A stretch of 64,000 nucleotides of DNA from Paraspadella gotoi (taxonomy: Eukaryota > Animalia > Chaetognatha): NCBI GenBank assembly GCA_051294375.1, contig CM119266.1:20562780-20626779 (forward strand), read 5' to 3'. The notes beneath the pieces were generated by a model. It was not told the DNA's origin and made no database searches. It saw only the letters and a list, made by a program, of their open reading frames with translations. Both the position numbers and the translations under genes were made by a program. This document shows, in pieces, positions 13,311 through 27,867 of the stretch. Position 1 is the stretch's first letter. Every line of letters begins with the position of its first letter.

Positions 13311-16300
13311 ATATTTCAATAACGATTCTACTCACTATGTGTTTAAACCGCTTTGATGAAGCATAGACATTAGACAATTTTTTTTTCTGTCAGAATATGA
13401 AATGTTTATAAAGATGCGTCGTCGTAAAAGACATCGTTTCTGTTTCTCCAATTTGTTTCGTTTATCGATGGCGAAAGATGATATGATAGACGTTTGTGGT
13501 TCAAGATTTGTAGTCAAGGGAAAAGTTTGGAAGCCACATTCCTTTGTTCTTTTTGTCTCTTCGTGAGTCGAGGATCAATACTTTTAATAAGTCTCGTTTG
13601 TATCATATCAAAGTTACTTGAAAGTTTACTATATATTTAAAAAAGTTTTTAAATATAGTTATAATTTCTTTTCTTTTTTAACTTGGTACAATATATTTTG
13701 AGATTGTACATTGTATATTGTATTATATTTTACTTTAAGCATATTTGTGAATATTGTAGGGAATGAGGGAGGTTAGTGTTGTTTTCTGGATATAGAGGGA
13801 TCATCTGTATGATGTTTCCAATGAGATATACATCATTCTTGTTAGAAGTCATTTATTGAAAATCAAAATTCAAATTATTCTCACTGCATCGTTTAATAAA
13901 ATGAACACTTTTTACGATGTCATCAACGAGAAGAGCTAATGCACAAACACAACATCTAGAATCTTTCTTTTTCCATTACTTTTTTTTTTTTTTGTCCTTT
14001 TTCTTTCTCCCCTTAAAAATTCTTTCTTTTACACTTTTCTATTTTTTTTTTTTCTCTCTCTCTTTTCTCTCATCTCATGCTCTCTCTCTCTCTCTCTCTC
14101 TTCTCTCACTCTCCTCTCTCTCTCTCTCTCTCTTTTCTCGTTTGGGTCTTCTGAGGATTTCTCCTCCATCCATTGATTTTAGTTAAATTTTTTATTCCTC
14201 CCATTCTCCTCCTCTCCTCCTCCCTCTTTCTTCTTCTTCTTCTTCTTCTTCTTCTTCTTCTTCNNNNNNNNNNNNNNNNNNNNNNNNNNNNNNNNNNNNN
14301 NNNNNNNNNNNNNNNNNNNNNNNNNNNNNNNNNNNNNNNNNNNNNNNNNNNNNNNNNNNNNNNNNNNNNNNNNNNNNNNNNNNNNNNNNNNNNNNNNNNN
14401 NNNNNNNNNNNNNNNNNNNNNNNNNNNNNNNNNNNNNNNNNNNNNNNNNNNNNNNNNNNNNNNNNNNNNNNNNNNNNNNNNNNNNNNNNNNNNNNNNNNN
14501 NNNNNNNNNNNNNNNNNNNNNNNNNNNNNNNNNNNNNNNNNNNNNNNNNNNNNNNNNNNNNNNNNACCATCTCCTCCCGATCTTTCCTTCAATTCTCTCT
14601 CTTTCCTCTTAAACGTCAGACTTTGTCTCGCATCATCTTTCTTACTTCCATCGAATCTGCGTCTTTTTTTTTCTCTCGATCTTCAACCGAACAAAGCGAG
14701 CAGTGTCAACGCAATGCAACGCTTTTCAACCCATTGCAACGCATTACAACGCTCCGTCCCAAAGTCTTATTGCAAAGCCTCGATAAAACGCTACATTGCA
14801 TTCGATGCTACATTCTACATCACAACGCCAATTTTAAAGGCCGCTTTCCAATGCCATACATCGTTAAACAAACTTGAAACGTAACTTTACAAAACAACTT
14901 TTGTTAGTCGAAATTTATTCGAGTCTTTCCACACTTTTGTCCAATTGTTAATCCCCTTGACCTTTTTTTCGCGCATCTTTGGCCAAATTTGATCAGTTTT
15001 TGACCCAGGGCGACCTCTTGGCTACTTATCCACCAATCACCACTGCCCGATTTACGCTTCCATTGACCTCATTCGTCTGTCCTCGTCTTCAAATCGATCT
15101 TTCCATATCTCTTCTTTACTTCTTTTCCTTTTAAATATCTAATTAGTAATTTGAAATTATTTCAGTTTCTTCTTCTTGGCATTACGTTTTACTTTATACA
15201 TATATTCAATATTTACCTTAATCCTACTAATATTTTCCACTCCTATGCCCTCTTTTCTCCACCCTCGTTCTCGAATGACCTCTTCCTCCCCCCCCCCGAC
15301 CCCTCCTCCTCCTTCCTCCCCTCTCCTTCTCTTTCTCTTTTATCATTCACCAGATTTTCTTCTTGACAGAAAACACGCTTCCAGTTTTTCCTCTTTCTTT
15401 ATTTATGTTTTCTATTTTTCCCCCTAAATTGATTGGAGAAGGAAAAAAAAAAAGAAAAAAAAGAAAAATTTAAAAAAGAGAGAAAAAAAAAAGAAAGAAG
15501 AGAAATGAGATTGTTGGCCGACCGGATAAAGTAGAACAGAAAAGAGAAAGAAAAAAAAGGAGAATACGGTTGTGAAGGGATAGAATGTAGATGGAAAGAG
15601 ATAGAAAGTAGACCGGAAAAGATAGAAGAAAGAAGCTTTTTTTTTTGAGAGACGAAGAGATAGAAAGTGAATGTGAAGCGGATTCATCACGGATTTGAGA
15701 GAGTTCTGCTAAAAGCACCGGGGAAAAGAAAAATGTCACCTGCATCGAGAAACTGAAGAATTCAAAGCTTTAAAGGTTCGAAGCTACGAGACAACAGGCG
15801 TTATTGAATCTCCGCCTGTTTTTAGAGCCTTATTTTGGACCCTGGCGAGGATGACGTTCAAAATNNNNNNNNNNNNNNNNNNNNNNNNNNNNNNNNNNNN
15901 NNNNNNNNNNNNNNNNNNNNNNNNNNNNNNNNNNNNNNNNNNNNNNNNNNNNNNNNNNNNNNNNNNNNNNNNNNNNNNNNNNNNNNNNNNNNNNNNNNNN
16001 NNNNNNNNNNNNNNNNNNNNNNNNNNNNNNNNNNNNNNNNNNNNNNNNNNNNNNNNNNNNNNNNNNNNNNNNNNNNNNNNNNNNNNNNNNNNNNNNNNTC
16101 GTGCCTCGGGGAAATCTCAGAAAATGTCCGACGTTCCGATACTTTTACTCCCCCTAAAAAGTCTGATACCCTTGTTCTTTAAAGACTCATTCAAACCGTC
16201 TGACCCTTTAATTTCGTGGCAACCTAGCGAGAAAATTGGCCATCTCCGTACTTTTATTGTACCCCCTCGTAAGCATTTCGACATTCAGATTACGTCATTT

Positions 16301-17653
16301 CTAAAATGACTCATTTCGCCGAAATGTTAAACTCTTGGCATCGGTTGTTTACTTCTGATACGTTGAAATGTCTGTCGTTGGATGCATCGATACTTTTTAC
16401 AATCCACTTTAAAATGTTAATTCAGCGACTCGGATTACTCGGGTCTCCAGGCGAATTTGCTCCAAAGGCAGTTTACATTCGAAACTTCCCCAAGAGAAAA
16501 CGATTTTTTTAAGCTTCGTCGTGTATTTTTTTTTAAAGTAGTGAAACAAAACGAAAAAAATTATTTTTTTTTTCTTCGGATCGGTTGGATCCAAATTTTC
16601 AATTAAGCATTCGTTAAATGAAAGATATTTTAAAGGATCGACGAAGCCGTGCGCTTCCTAGAGGAAAAACTCCCTCCCGAATCCAATAAACTTTTTTTTC
16701 GTTCGACTCGATGCCTTTTTGATCGAATCTGCGAGCTCAGATATCTCCTGCTCTGATCATCAATCCACTTGTCTCGGCTCCCTCGGTCCCGGCCCAAAAT
16801 CTTGTCACTAATCACCGTAGTATCATTTTAGATAATATCGAATAGGAAAAAAAAATTGGTCATACCAATACATCTTGTCTATCGATCCGAGCCGCTTAGA
16901 ATAAAACTCCAATTAATCGCTGATTGTATGCGATGTATTGAAGTTGGAATTTGTGTGTGGTGTAGGAAAGTATGTCGTTTAGCCGGAAAGTGTCGATAGA
17001 ATCGAACAGTTTCTTACGGCTAAATTTCGTGTACAAATCCGCATTGTTTAGTCAAAGTTGTTTAAAAATTTTCTCGTTTTTCTTCGCATTCATTAACCGA
17101 ACGTCGACGAATCTTAATTCGCAATATGAAGATCCTCTAGAAAAAAAAAACCCCAAAAAAACAACAAACAAACAAAAACAAAAAAAAAAAACAAAAAAAA
17201 AAAAAAAAAACAATTATGCGCCGAGATAAGAGCCTCTTTCGGATTCGGCGCGATGATTCATTTCCGCGCCATTTGAGACCGAAAAGGTTTCGACTCGGGC
17301 GGACGCGATTCGGACGCGATGCGGACGCGATCAGCAGCGGACCAATCGACGACAGAGAAATGAGACTTTTTAGTCGACGAACGAGAGGATGATGTATCTT
17401 TATTGCGCAATGAGGAAGTCATGTATTCTATTTTAGGAGAGATGGAGAGAGGAGAGGCAGAGGGAAGAGAGAGAGAGAGAGAGAAGGAGAGAGAGAGAGC
17501 GAGAGAGAGAAAGAGAGAGAAAGAAAGAAGACTCGTGGCTTAGATTCTTTACGCGATGCGGAGTGCCTTGATCGGATCCTGGACGTTCGATGAGTCACCG
17601 GAGATCGGGTATCGGCAAGGGGATCATTACCGCGCAACTCATTTCTCTCTCTC

Positions 17654-17761
<108 letters not shown>

Positions 17762-19773
17762 CTTCCTATCCCTCCTTCTTCTCCCTCCTCCCTTTCTCTC
17801 TCTTTTAAAATAAGAACAACAACAACGACGGAGGTAAGTCCGTTATAGCTGATTCACGTGGAAGGATCGTCAATTCTATCATTGAAGAAAGGGGGGCGGT
17901 GGGGCGGAGTCACGAGGATTCCAGGTTTTTAATTGCGAAGAAAAAGCGATGATGACGACAGAATCGAGTCTTTAATTGCTCGTTCGACTTGGATAATTGT
18001 GTGAGAGAATCGTCGCTAGGCAGGGGAACTTTCAATATTCGCTTACGGTGAAGTTCACGCTGTAAATGGCTCGTGTGAATGTTACAATATAAAAGACCGA
18101 ACACGAAACGTTTCCGCCTGTCGCCGACAGGTGCTGTCATGACAAAACATTTAGCAAATTTGATAGCTTTTTATGAAAATGGCAAAATTACGTAGTTGTT
18201 TCTTTAGCTATATATGTAACCTTATCTTATATATATATTTCTTATATATTATATATTTCTTTTATGCAACGCATTAAACCATCGTTTAAAACGACCGCGT
18301 CATGAACCACTAATACTTAAAGCGCGCATAAATATGTCGTACTAACAAAGAGAGTTATAAAAAAACAAACTGGAATCATTTTATGGGAAGGAATAATGGA
18401 AGAAAGAGAGGAGAGAGAGAGGAGGAGAGAGAGAGAGAGAGGAGAGAAGAGAAGGGAGAGAGAGAAGAGAGACGAGAGAGAGAGAGAGAGAAAGAGAGAT
18501 TGCCTCGAAAATGAGTCATTTTCTTTTTTTTTCTCTAGGAATTCTTGTGAAGGGGAGAAGGATGAAAGGCCGTTTATCTCCGGCGATGAAATTGAAAAAT
18601 GGCCCCAGGAATCGTCTTACCGGAGAGAAGGAAGAGGAAGAGGAAGAGGGGGGAAGGGGGGAGTAGGATAAAGAAGCAGCGGGTAAGGACACGGAAAAAG
18701 ATAAGGATCGTGAGGATAATCTGAAGATCTGAAAATAACCTTGGCCTGCGGACTTTAGACATCATAAGGTTTTTCCATCTTTTTTTGTCATTTAACTTTT
18801 AATTTTAAAAGAAGAATAAGCTTCCTTCAGAAGTTACAATTCTTAAACTATTATATGTATTTAGTATGTATCTTAAATTTTAGGATTGAGGAGTGGGTTT
18901 CAAAATCGCATTTACATTTTGGAGCTTGTTAAGGAGTTCATTTTCAGATGCATTAGCGTTGATTGATTTGATCGGTGAATCTATTGCATTTTCTAAGTGA
19001 ATCTGTTATATGTTTTAACTTAAAATTTAAGATTTAATTCGTTTAGAATTGCGTTCAACTTTAGCCTACTTATCTTGGCAAAAGGAATTGTATTTAACTC
19101 TAATATCTTCTGTTAATAAACATTTTTGACCAGGTTAACTAAAGAGAAAAATTTGTCTCCCATGAAATTGATATCTTGCTTTTTGGAATCAATAATAAAC
19201 GATTTAGTTATTCCTTTTATGGATTCATTCTTATTATTTCAGTCAAAGAAAAGAAAAAGATGGAAAAACAAGGCCCGTATTCCCCCATGACAAATTTCAG
19301 CTGTTAAAAACGTTGCGTCTATTATCCTAACCTGATTTCAGAATCTCTCTTATTTACAGTTCATGTCTGTCACTGTTGAAAAAAAAAACTGATTTACTGC
19401 AGAAACGAATCAAAATCGACTACGCAGGCGCACGACACAAAATAGATAAAAAATTCCCCAAAACCGTCGCAAAACTAAATCCTCAAAGGGCGAAGTGTCG
19501 ATACGGAATTTCCGCCTGTCATATCAGGCGAAGCGAGGCTTTTTTTCTCGTCCGCGTCTTATTCGTATCGCCCGAATTCTCTCTTCGCTCTCTGTCTCAC
19601 CAATATCGTTTTTAAGCTTTTCACAATTCACAAATCGTGACCGTGACTTTTTGTCTCATCGTCTTCGCGCCCTTCACGTCCTCGCAGTACAACTCCCGGC
19701 GAGAGAACGGAAGATCGATTCGTAGATCTTAATTCCAGATTGACAAACCTTCGTTATAATAAGAAGGTATTTA

Positions 19774-19775
<2 letters not shown>

Positions 19776-19812
<37 letters not shown>
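19776..19812. repeat. (GCC)n microsatellite
   Basis: About 12 tandem CGC/GCC units read directly. Confidence 0.95.
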
Positions 19813-20076
19813 ACGCATCAGAGCCGAGAGCGTAATTCGCGGAGGCTTCGGCGTCGTCGGCGGCGGAAACGGCTGCGGATTCGACCTTAAAGCTTTATCA
19901 TTACGGCGCTAATGCAAACCATTCGATCTGAGGAAATGATTTGTGAAGAAATCGAAACTTGAGGGAAGAAAAAGGAAGAAAAAGGAAGAAAAAGGAAGAA
20001 AAAGGAAGAAAAAGGAAGAAAAAGGGCAGAAGAAAAAGAATAATGATAAAAAAAAACGGATGAATCAACGAATACG

Positions 20077-20154
20077 CGGCTCTCTTTTCAAAAAGCGACC
20101 ATTTCTTAATTCAGAATTTAAGATGAAACTGGGCGTTTTGGGAAAAAAAGGCCG
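20077..20154 (+). mobile_element. Minimal 78-bp TIR-only member of the TTAGGG-MITE family (copy B)
   Basis: CGGCTCTCTTTTCAAAAAGCGACCATTTC ... AAGATGAAACTGGGCGTTTTGGGAAAAAAAGGCCG. Same termini as 39828-40373 but with no telomere-like core. Confidence 0.7.
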
Positions 20155-20969
20155 AATAGGTGTCGATTGAAATCATGAAATGAGACATCGGGTAAAAAAG
20201 ACAATCTAGGATATTTTAATTAACGATAACTTTTTTCTTTTCTTTTCTTTTCCTTTTTTTACGGTTTTTTTCTTATTATTTTCAACGTTTCTTCGTAATT
20301 ATTGACTTTATCATAAACAGTAAACATTAAACGTTAATCATTGTTATTAACGTTTGTGTTTGCGTTTGGTTAAAAGAGAAATATTTTATGTGTACGTAAG
20401 CTTGTCTGTCTGTCACTGAAGTCTGTCTGTCTGTCATTCTTTTCCGCCTTTCTATCTCTCTGCCAATGTTTCGGTCTACATATCTGCCAGTATTTCTGTC
20501 TCTCATTCTATCTTTCTATCTATCTTTTTGTCAGTCTTTCTCGTTGTCTTTTGTCCTTATTCGTGCCCTCTCTTTTTTCAAAGGCCATTTCCTCCTTTCG
20601 CCCTCAATTTCCTTCTCTTTCTTTCATCCTAAATATTCTTCCTTTTTATCTTTCTCAATATTTGGCTATCGACTATTTTTATTCTTCTTGTCACTCTTAG
20701 TATTATTCTTGATAATATCACTATTGATTATAATATTACGATTGATTTCTATTTTCATTATTATCTGAAGCAGGATGCTGCTCCTTTATTTGTCTAAACC
20801 ATCTTCCGTCTCGACTTCTCTTTCCCTCGTCCTCTCTTCTCTCTTTTCCTTCACTTTTCTTTTTCATACTTTTCTTTTCCTCCTCATGACACCTGCTCTT
20901 CCTTCTCTTTCCTTCTCTCTCCTTCTCACTCTGTCTCCTCTCCCATTTCCCGGGTCGGAAAAGACATAG

Positions 20970-21000
<31 letters not shown>

Positions 21001-21004
21001 TTCA

Positions 21005-21037
<33 letters not shown>

Positions 21038-21437
21038 CTCTCTTCTCCTCTCTCTCTCTCTCTCCCCCTCCCTCAAAAGATGGCCGCAACATAATGGGCG
21101 ACCAATAAAAACTACGTCGGACCGTAGGACGTCTTCGTCTTGTGCGATGTGGGCGAGGGAGGTGGTGAACAGTGGTGAGGGAAGGGGTAAATTCGACTCT
21201 GGACCCCCAACTGAGTTCGGGCAACTTTACCCCCCACGACCAAAAACATTCCCCTTTGGAAGAACAACGTTAGAAACTCCAACGCTTTTCAGTATCTCAA
21301 TTGTCGCTCCCCTTTCCCTTTCGCTCCCTAATTGCTCCTATAAAGCTTCTTCCATTCTCTTTTATTGCTCCTTTATCCTGCCTTGCTTATCTATTATCAC
21401 TTTGCTCTCTAGATCTTTCATCTCTCCGTTGATCCTA

Positions 21438-21598
21438 CATCGCTTTACTATCCTTCCTTTTTTGCTCCTTTAACTTTCCCCTATCCATCGCTCCTTCATT
21501 TCTCTATCCAACCTTTTTTGCTCTTTCAACTTTCCCCAATCCATCGCTCTTTCATTTCTCTATCCTTCCTTTTTTGCTCCTCTAACTTTTTCCTATCT
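21438..21598. repeat. ~57-bp pyrimidine-rich tandem repeat, about 3 copies
   Basis: CATCGCT...TATCC(TT/AA)CCTTTTTTGCTC..T.AACTTT recurs at ~21438, 21486 and 21542. Confidence 0.75.
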
Positions 21599-21676
21599 TT
21601 CCCTCCATTGCTCCACCGACGCCGCATTTACCAAACGATCTCGCGACGTTAACCTTCCACTTGATACAACGACTGC

Positions 21677-21836
21677 CACAGTGCTTCATCCACAGTGCTT
21701 CAATCACAGTGCTTCACCCACAGTGCTTCATTCACAGTGCTTCACCCACAGTGCTTCAATCACAGTGCTTCACCCACAGTGCTTCATCCACGGTGCTTCA
21801 ACCACAGTGCTTCATCCACAGTGCTTCAACCACAGT
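21677..21836. repeat. 14-bp minisatellite (CACAGTGCTTCANN), 11 full units plus a partial unit
   Basis: Units start at 21677, 21691, 21705 ... 21817 and 21831. The 12-bp core is invariant except for one A>G. Confidence 0.97.
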
Positions 21837-22109
21837 ACTAACCGAAGTGATAACCGCTTTGCAAGCTTCAGCACCAGCATCTTATTTCGCTACACAATAG
21901 ATATGCAATATTCCTGCTTTACTACAGTATAATTATATAATACAGAAAGTTCACATCTTAGAAATCTTTACATCTTAGACTCAAACTTCACCTTTCTCAT
22001 TCTTCTTCTTCAGCTTCATCATTTTCCGAAAATATTTTCCAAAAAAATATTTTTTTTTCAGCGTAAAAAAACAAGCCTCAGGTTGACTGTTATATTCATC
22101 TTTAAGATC

Positions 22110-22520
22110 ATTTTCAACGGAATCATCATCATCATTATCATCATCATAACCTTCTTCAGTGTCATCATTATCATTCATCATTATCGTCATCCATTAGATC
22201 TCATATTTATCATCATAACGATCGAGTATCATGACGATACTGGAGAAACGGTATGATAGATGTATGACGATTGACAAATCGATGACCAATGTAATCCGGT
22301 ATCAGTATTATCATCGTCATCATGTCTCAAATCATCTTATCACGATTACCCTCCAAATCTGTCATAACGAACAACATTAGCAGTATTATAATAATCGATT
22401 AGATAATCAATCAATCAATCATCATCATCATCTCATATCCATCATCATCATCACTCCCATCATCATCATCATCTCATCATCATCATCATCAGTCATCATC
22501 ATCTATCATCTCATAATCCC
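22110..22520. repeat. Degenerate (ATC)n tract
   Basis: Runs of ATCATCATC at 22122-22190 and 22415-22510. Confidence 0.85.
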
Positions 22521-22887
22521 GATATCGATCGTTCTCTCCGTGATCATCTTCATCTCGCTCATCATTCTCTCCTTCCCCCCTCTCTCTCTCTCTCTCCTCC
22601 CGCCCCCCCTTTTTCCTTTAAAAAGTTCTTTTAAAAATGTTCTCTCGCGGATCTCGGCGCCATCTTTCGATTCCAAGATGGGACAGTTCCTCCACCCTCC
22701 TTTTCCCCTCCCACCATCTTCTTTGGCCCCCGCCCCCGCTCGAACACTTTGCGTAATCCTTCGGAAAAAAAATGCTGGTTTATATAGACCTCTGGTAAAA
22801 ACTTCGCAGCAGTTAAGATAATATCCTTGGGACGAAGTGACGTTTTACGTTACTCCGAACAGACATAAGGCCCGCTGAGTGTGAGGG

Positions 22888-22920
<33 letters not shown>

Positions 22921-23641
22921 CAGAGAGAGAGAGAGAAAGAGAGAGAGAGGGAGAGAGAGGAGATGAAAGAGAGAGAGAGAGATAAAAAATAAAAAAAAAG
23001 AAAGCAAAAGAGAGGCCTTTATAGTCCTTTCCTTTCGATATATAAGTTTTTTTTTCTTTTCTTTTTTTAAATTCGCGAGAGAAAAGGTTAAAGAAAAGAC
23101 GTAAAATGACCTCGAAAAAAAAAGGGGAAAAGACGAAATGGGAGGAAATCGAAGGAAATGGGAGGAACGGTTGTTGTTGTTGTTGTTGTTGTTGTCGTCG
23201 TTGTTGTGGTGGGTTTTGCCAATTCGGGCGTCCAGCGTATCCGCCCGGTTGTTGTTGCGCCCTTGGATGGATATGGGGCTGACCCGACTTTATCGCCGCG
23301 CCAAGTCTCTACTTTTTTCTCACGGGGTCGCGGGTTGTGAGAGTGAGAGGGTGAGGGGAGGATGTGATCCGTGTGGTGAAGAGGGGTGAGGGGGGAAAAG
23401 GTGGAGAGAGAGGTGGAAAGGAAATAAAGGGGGAGATGAGACAGATAGAGAGGGAGAGGGAGAAAAAGACATTAAGGGGAAGAAAGTAGAGAGGAATGGA
23501 GAGAGAGGAAAGATGATAAAGATAGAGAGGGAGGAGAGAAAGATAAGAAGAAATGTAGAGGGTGTGGGGAAAGAAAAAGAGAGAGAGAGAGGTAAGTTGA
23601 AAAAAGTAGATAGAAACATGAAGAAAAGATGAGCCGCATGA

Positions 23642-23742
<101 letters not shown>

Positions 23743-24941
23743 GATGAAGAAGATGAGCCTCATGAGATAATTGGGTAAGACGATCTACTAAAAAATCCCT
23801 GCCACCTCAAGAGAGGCTGACGCCGCCGTGATTTCTAAGCCGAGAGACTAAAAATGAAGCTTCGTTATTAATTGTGTTAAATTCGCGGAAACTTGAAAAG
23901 AAAAATCATCGTAAAAACTCGTTAAATTTTTTTTTTTTTTTTAAACTTTTTTTCAGTAAAATTCAGTTCCGCAACTCGAATTTTAGTGTAAAAAATAATT
24001 TTAAATTATATTACCGAAAGAGGAGGAAGCGAAGGAGGAAAAAGGAGGAAAGAAAAAGAAAAGGAGGAGGAGGAGAAGGAGGTGGATCCAGGCTTCGCGG
24101 GAAAATGAAAACTTGTTTAAAAAAATCGCGAAGAAAAGGAAAAAGTAAAGAAAGAGAAGCCGACCATAATGTCTTCATTTCGTAGTAAAAATCCTGAAGC
24201 ACAAAAAGAAAAGAAACTAAGGAAGAAAATATCCCTTTGTTTCAAATACCCGTTAAAATAATAAAGAGAAAACAAGAAAGAAAAAAGTGGAGAGCGGCGG
24301 CGTGGATGCGTGGTTACACAGCGAAGACGAGTCGGAATAAATGAATTCACTCTTGAGGACTTGAGGTTGGGGTACGAAGTCAAAGAAATACAATTCGGAA
24401 TCGATTTTGTTTTTCTCAAGTTTCTATAAATTTAATATATACGTAATTTTAATTTAGTATGATTTTTTATTTTTTTATTAAGAAGGAATTCCACAGAATT
24501 AGCTAAAGAAATTTCACATAATTATTTTTAAAAATTTCGCATGATTATTTAAAAAAATTATCCAGAATTATTTAAAGAAATTCCCAAGAATTATTTAAAA
24601 AGATTTTCCAGAATTGCTATTCCGATGGTGTAAAGTAGACGGAGTCAGCCGCTCAACGGCGTCTTTAAAACCGGGCGAAAATTAAAACGGTTAAAGAAAA
24701 CGAAAAAAATAACGTGATATTATGAGGGAAAAAAATTGTAAAACAAAAAGAAATGGAATTGAGAAAAAATATAAAAGTAATAATGAAAAATATGTTTGAA
24801 AAAAATGAAAGGGAAAAAATAATGAAAAGATCGGAAGGGAGAGAGGGAGAGAGAAAAACAGAGAGAGAGAAGAAGAGGAAGAGAGAGAGAGAGAGACAGG
24901 GTGGGGAAATGGTTGTTGAGAATGAAAATAAAACATTCTAT

Positions 24942-25120
24942 TTCAGAAGACAACACTGACTTCCCTTCCCAAATTGAGTTATTAGATATAATGATTAGTA
25001 AACATTTTTTTTAAGAAAGAAAGTAATATATATTGTTTAAATAATATTGATTAAATACTAAATCCTTCATAAAATATAAAAATATAAAATAGTGAAACAA
25101 GTAATTTGCAAATTTTCATA
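24942..25120 (+). repeat. Dispersed repeat family Y fragment (matches the right end of the 50054-50772 insertion)
   Basis: CAGAAGACAACACTGACTTCCC(C)TTCCCAAATTG..TTATTAGATA...AAATAGTGAAACAA.TAATTTGCAAA is shared with 50597-50766. Confidence 0.85.
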
Positions 25121-25125
25121 GAAAA

Positions 25126-25126
25126 A

Positions 25127-25222
<96 letters not shown>
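25126..25222. repeat. (AAAG)n microsatellite
   Basis: About 24 perfect units. Confidence 0.97.
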
Positions 25223-26127
25223 CGCACGCGGAATCCCAGGGATGAGACTAATTAGAAAGGTTTCTTGATCGATGGAGGGAATCGTCGTCTTTGAGACGCA
25301 ATCGAGAAAAAAAATGGCGGCCGTTGATGAGGATGGCGCTGCAGTCGTCGCCCGCAGAGGGAGTTCCAACCAGGACGCGTTTCCGTGGCGGAGGGAAAAG
25401 CGCAAAAAAAGTGTCACACTGGGGTTTGAAACGCTACAAGGAGTGGCAGTCCGATTCGGGTAAGAAGGGGAGAAAACATGATTTTAAGAGCTGGGGCAAA
25501 GACTTAAGGATCTTGGCTTTGTTAAAAAGGAAAAAGGTAATTTGATATGAGAAAAAATGTGGCAACAAAAAGTGAATTTCAAACTGTCGTCTGCTTTTCA
25601 ATCGTGTAAGCAATTATGAAAAAACTTCTTTTTCAGAAAACTGGAATTATTAATTCAATAGTTGTGAGCCAATTTTATTTTTACTCTAGTTTTCCTCGAT
25701 CGAAAAAAAATCAAATTTCTAAAATTCGAAATTCTACCTTTTTTCTTTTTCTTTTTCTTTTTCTTTTTCTTCTTTTTATTTCGATTTACAAAAAGAGATT
25801 TTCGTCCCTCGTCGACGAAAGACGCGAGAATCTTTGTGTGCGGAGATTTTTAACATGAAGAAATATGGAAAACATTTTCATCATCTTTAAAAACGCCAGT
25901 TTTTTTTTTCATCTGATTTGAGTTTTTAAGACGCAGATAAAAAAAAAACTGTTTCACTCCGCGCGTGAAATTGAAGCTGAATTCTGAGGATGTGAAGATG
26001 GCGATCAGGGTTCGAGAGAATTATTACAAGTTGTCAACGATAATCAAGTTACATTCTTACAGATTATATTTTTTGAAACGATTTTTTTTTAATTTTTGAG
26101 AAATTCTTATTATCAATAAGTGTTACA

Positions 26128-26200
26128 AAGCCTGTCCAAAGTCAGGGGCAAGATAGCTTATGTATTAAATGAATGGATAATTTTTATATTGGTTGTACCA
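26128..26200 (-). repeat. Dispersed repeat family X, inverted copy
   Basis: CCTGTCCAAAGTCAGGGGCAAGATAGCTTAT.TATTAAATGAATGGATA is the reverse complement of the family X core. Confidence 0.85.
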
Positions 26201-27685
26201 ATTTCATATATAAAAGATAACGGAGTCCAAAATTAAATATCTGATTTAAATCAAAGCCTTCCTCATAAATGTTCTGAAATGAGAGCGTCTTTTCTTTTCA
26301 TAGCTAAGAAACTTCATTCTGGTCGTTATGTTAATTGGTTGGACCAGATCGGCGGCCCTTCCTCGATCCTCTTCACTTTTTCTGCGCAATAATTCAATTA
26401 ATTGGATTCGCCTCGATTTCGTCCGCAAATTAAAAAAAAAGATGGCGACCTTCGTTACAATTTAAATCTCTGTCTTTGTTTTTGTCGGTTTTATTGCAAT
26501 TTCTTTGGGTCAAATGAAGTAACTATCTTTTTTTTTAAATTTTACAACTTCGCAACTTCGTACGATAATGGAATAAAAGGCGTCATTGTATCTAAAAATA
26601 GACAAACGTTCTTTTTGACGACGCCACTAAAAACACGAGCAGATGCCGTCTCGACGTCAAGAAAACTCTGTCTGGACACTGGGCGGGGGACGGATAAGGG
26701 GGCGTATGGGTCTTGGGAGAGGGGACGCCGACGGCCGGGAGGTAGGGGGCGTGTCACGCGTCAAGGGGCGGTACGTCTGTAACAGAGACGCGTTTTGCGT
26801 CGCGAGGAGAAGAGAGAAATTGGGGAGAAATGGAAAGGAGGGGTGAAAGAAAAGGAGGGGTGAAAGAGGAGGAGAAGTGAAAGAGAAGGGAGTGAAGAGA
26901 ATGAGGGGTGAAGGAGAAGGATGGGTGAAAGAGAAGGAGGTGTGAAAGAGAGGAGATGAGGAGATGAGGAGATGAAGAGATGAAGAGATGAGGAGATAAA
27001 CGACATTTCGGAGATGAAGGGACAGAAAAATAAAAGTTGCGGAAGAGACTCTGACGCTGGCGCCGTCTGCGAAGCGAGTCGGCTTCGAGCGACATCACGC
27101 GGAGAGAAGAGGAAAAAGAAAAAAAGAAAGAAAAACAAAAGAGGAATCGAAAACAATCGAGGGAGGACGCTGGCGACGCAGAATGGTGGTGGCGCCCGAA
27201 AAAAAAAAAAACAACTAAAACAGCCTTTGACGAATAGGACGAAAGCGCTATTTTAAATATTACTAAAATAATAATTGTCGTTGTTTATTATTAATATATT
27301 TCATGGCAGAGCGCCCTCGAAAGTTGAAACATCATTGAATAAAGAGATTCGAAAACAAATTTGTGAAATGAGATTTAGCGACGCACGAAGCCCACGTATG
27401 TCGTATAACTTATTGCTTCCGTATGACTGGACATTTTCAACGGGCGGCAAAATCATTCCCTTTGATTTTTAAACTTTTTTTCTTTTTCCATTATCGTTTA
27501 TCCTTTCACTTTGCTTTTATCCCGCTAAAGGATGGCTCTCTCTCTCTCTCTCTCTCACTCTTCTCTTCATCTCTCTCTCTCTCGTCCTCTCCCTCTCTCT
27601 CTCTTCCTTCAGTTCAGTTGTTTTATCGAATTGTTTAGGTTCAATATGTTCAAAAACCAATTTGTTTATTTTAACTTGTATCGAT

Positions 27686-27733
<48 letters not shown>

Positions 27734-27867
27734 TGGAGCCAAAGAGATTCTCGTAACAGGTTCGAAGACGAGGTGAGTGAAATTGAGTGAAATAAAGGAA
27801 ATTTCTTCGGCGTCGATCTGATCTTTTCGCGTTCCTTGAATTTATCGAATTTGAGAAAAAAAAACAA

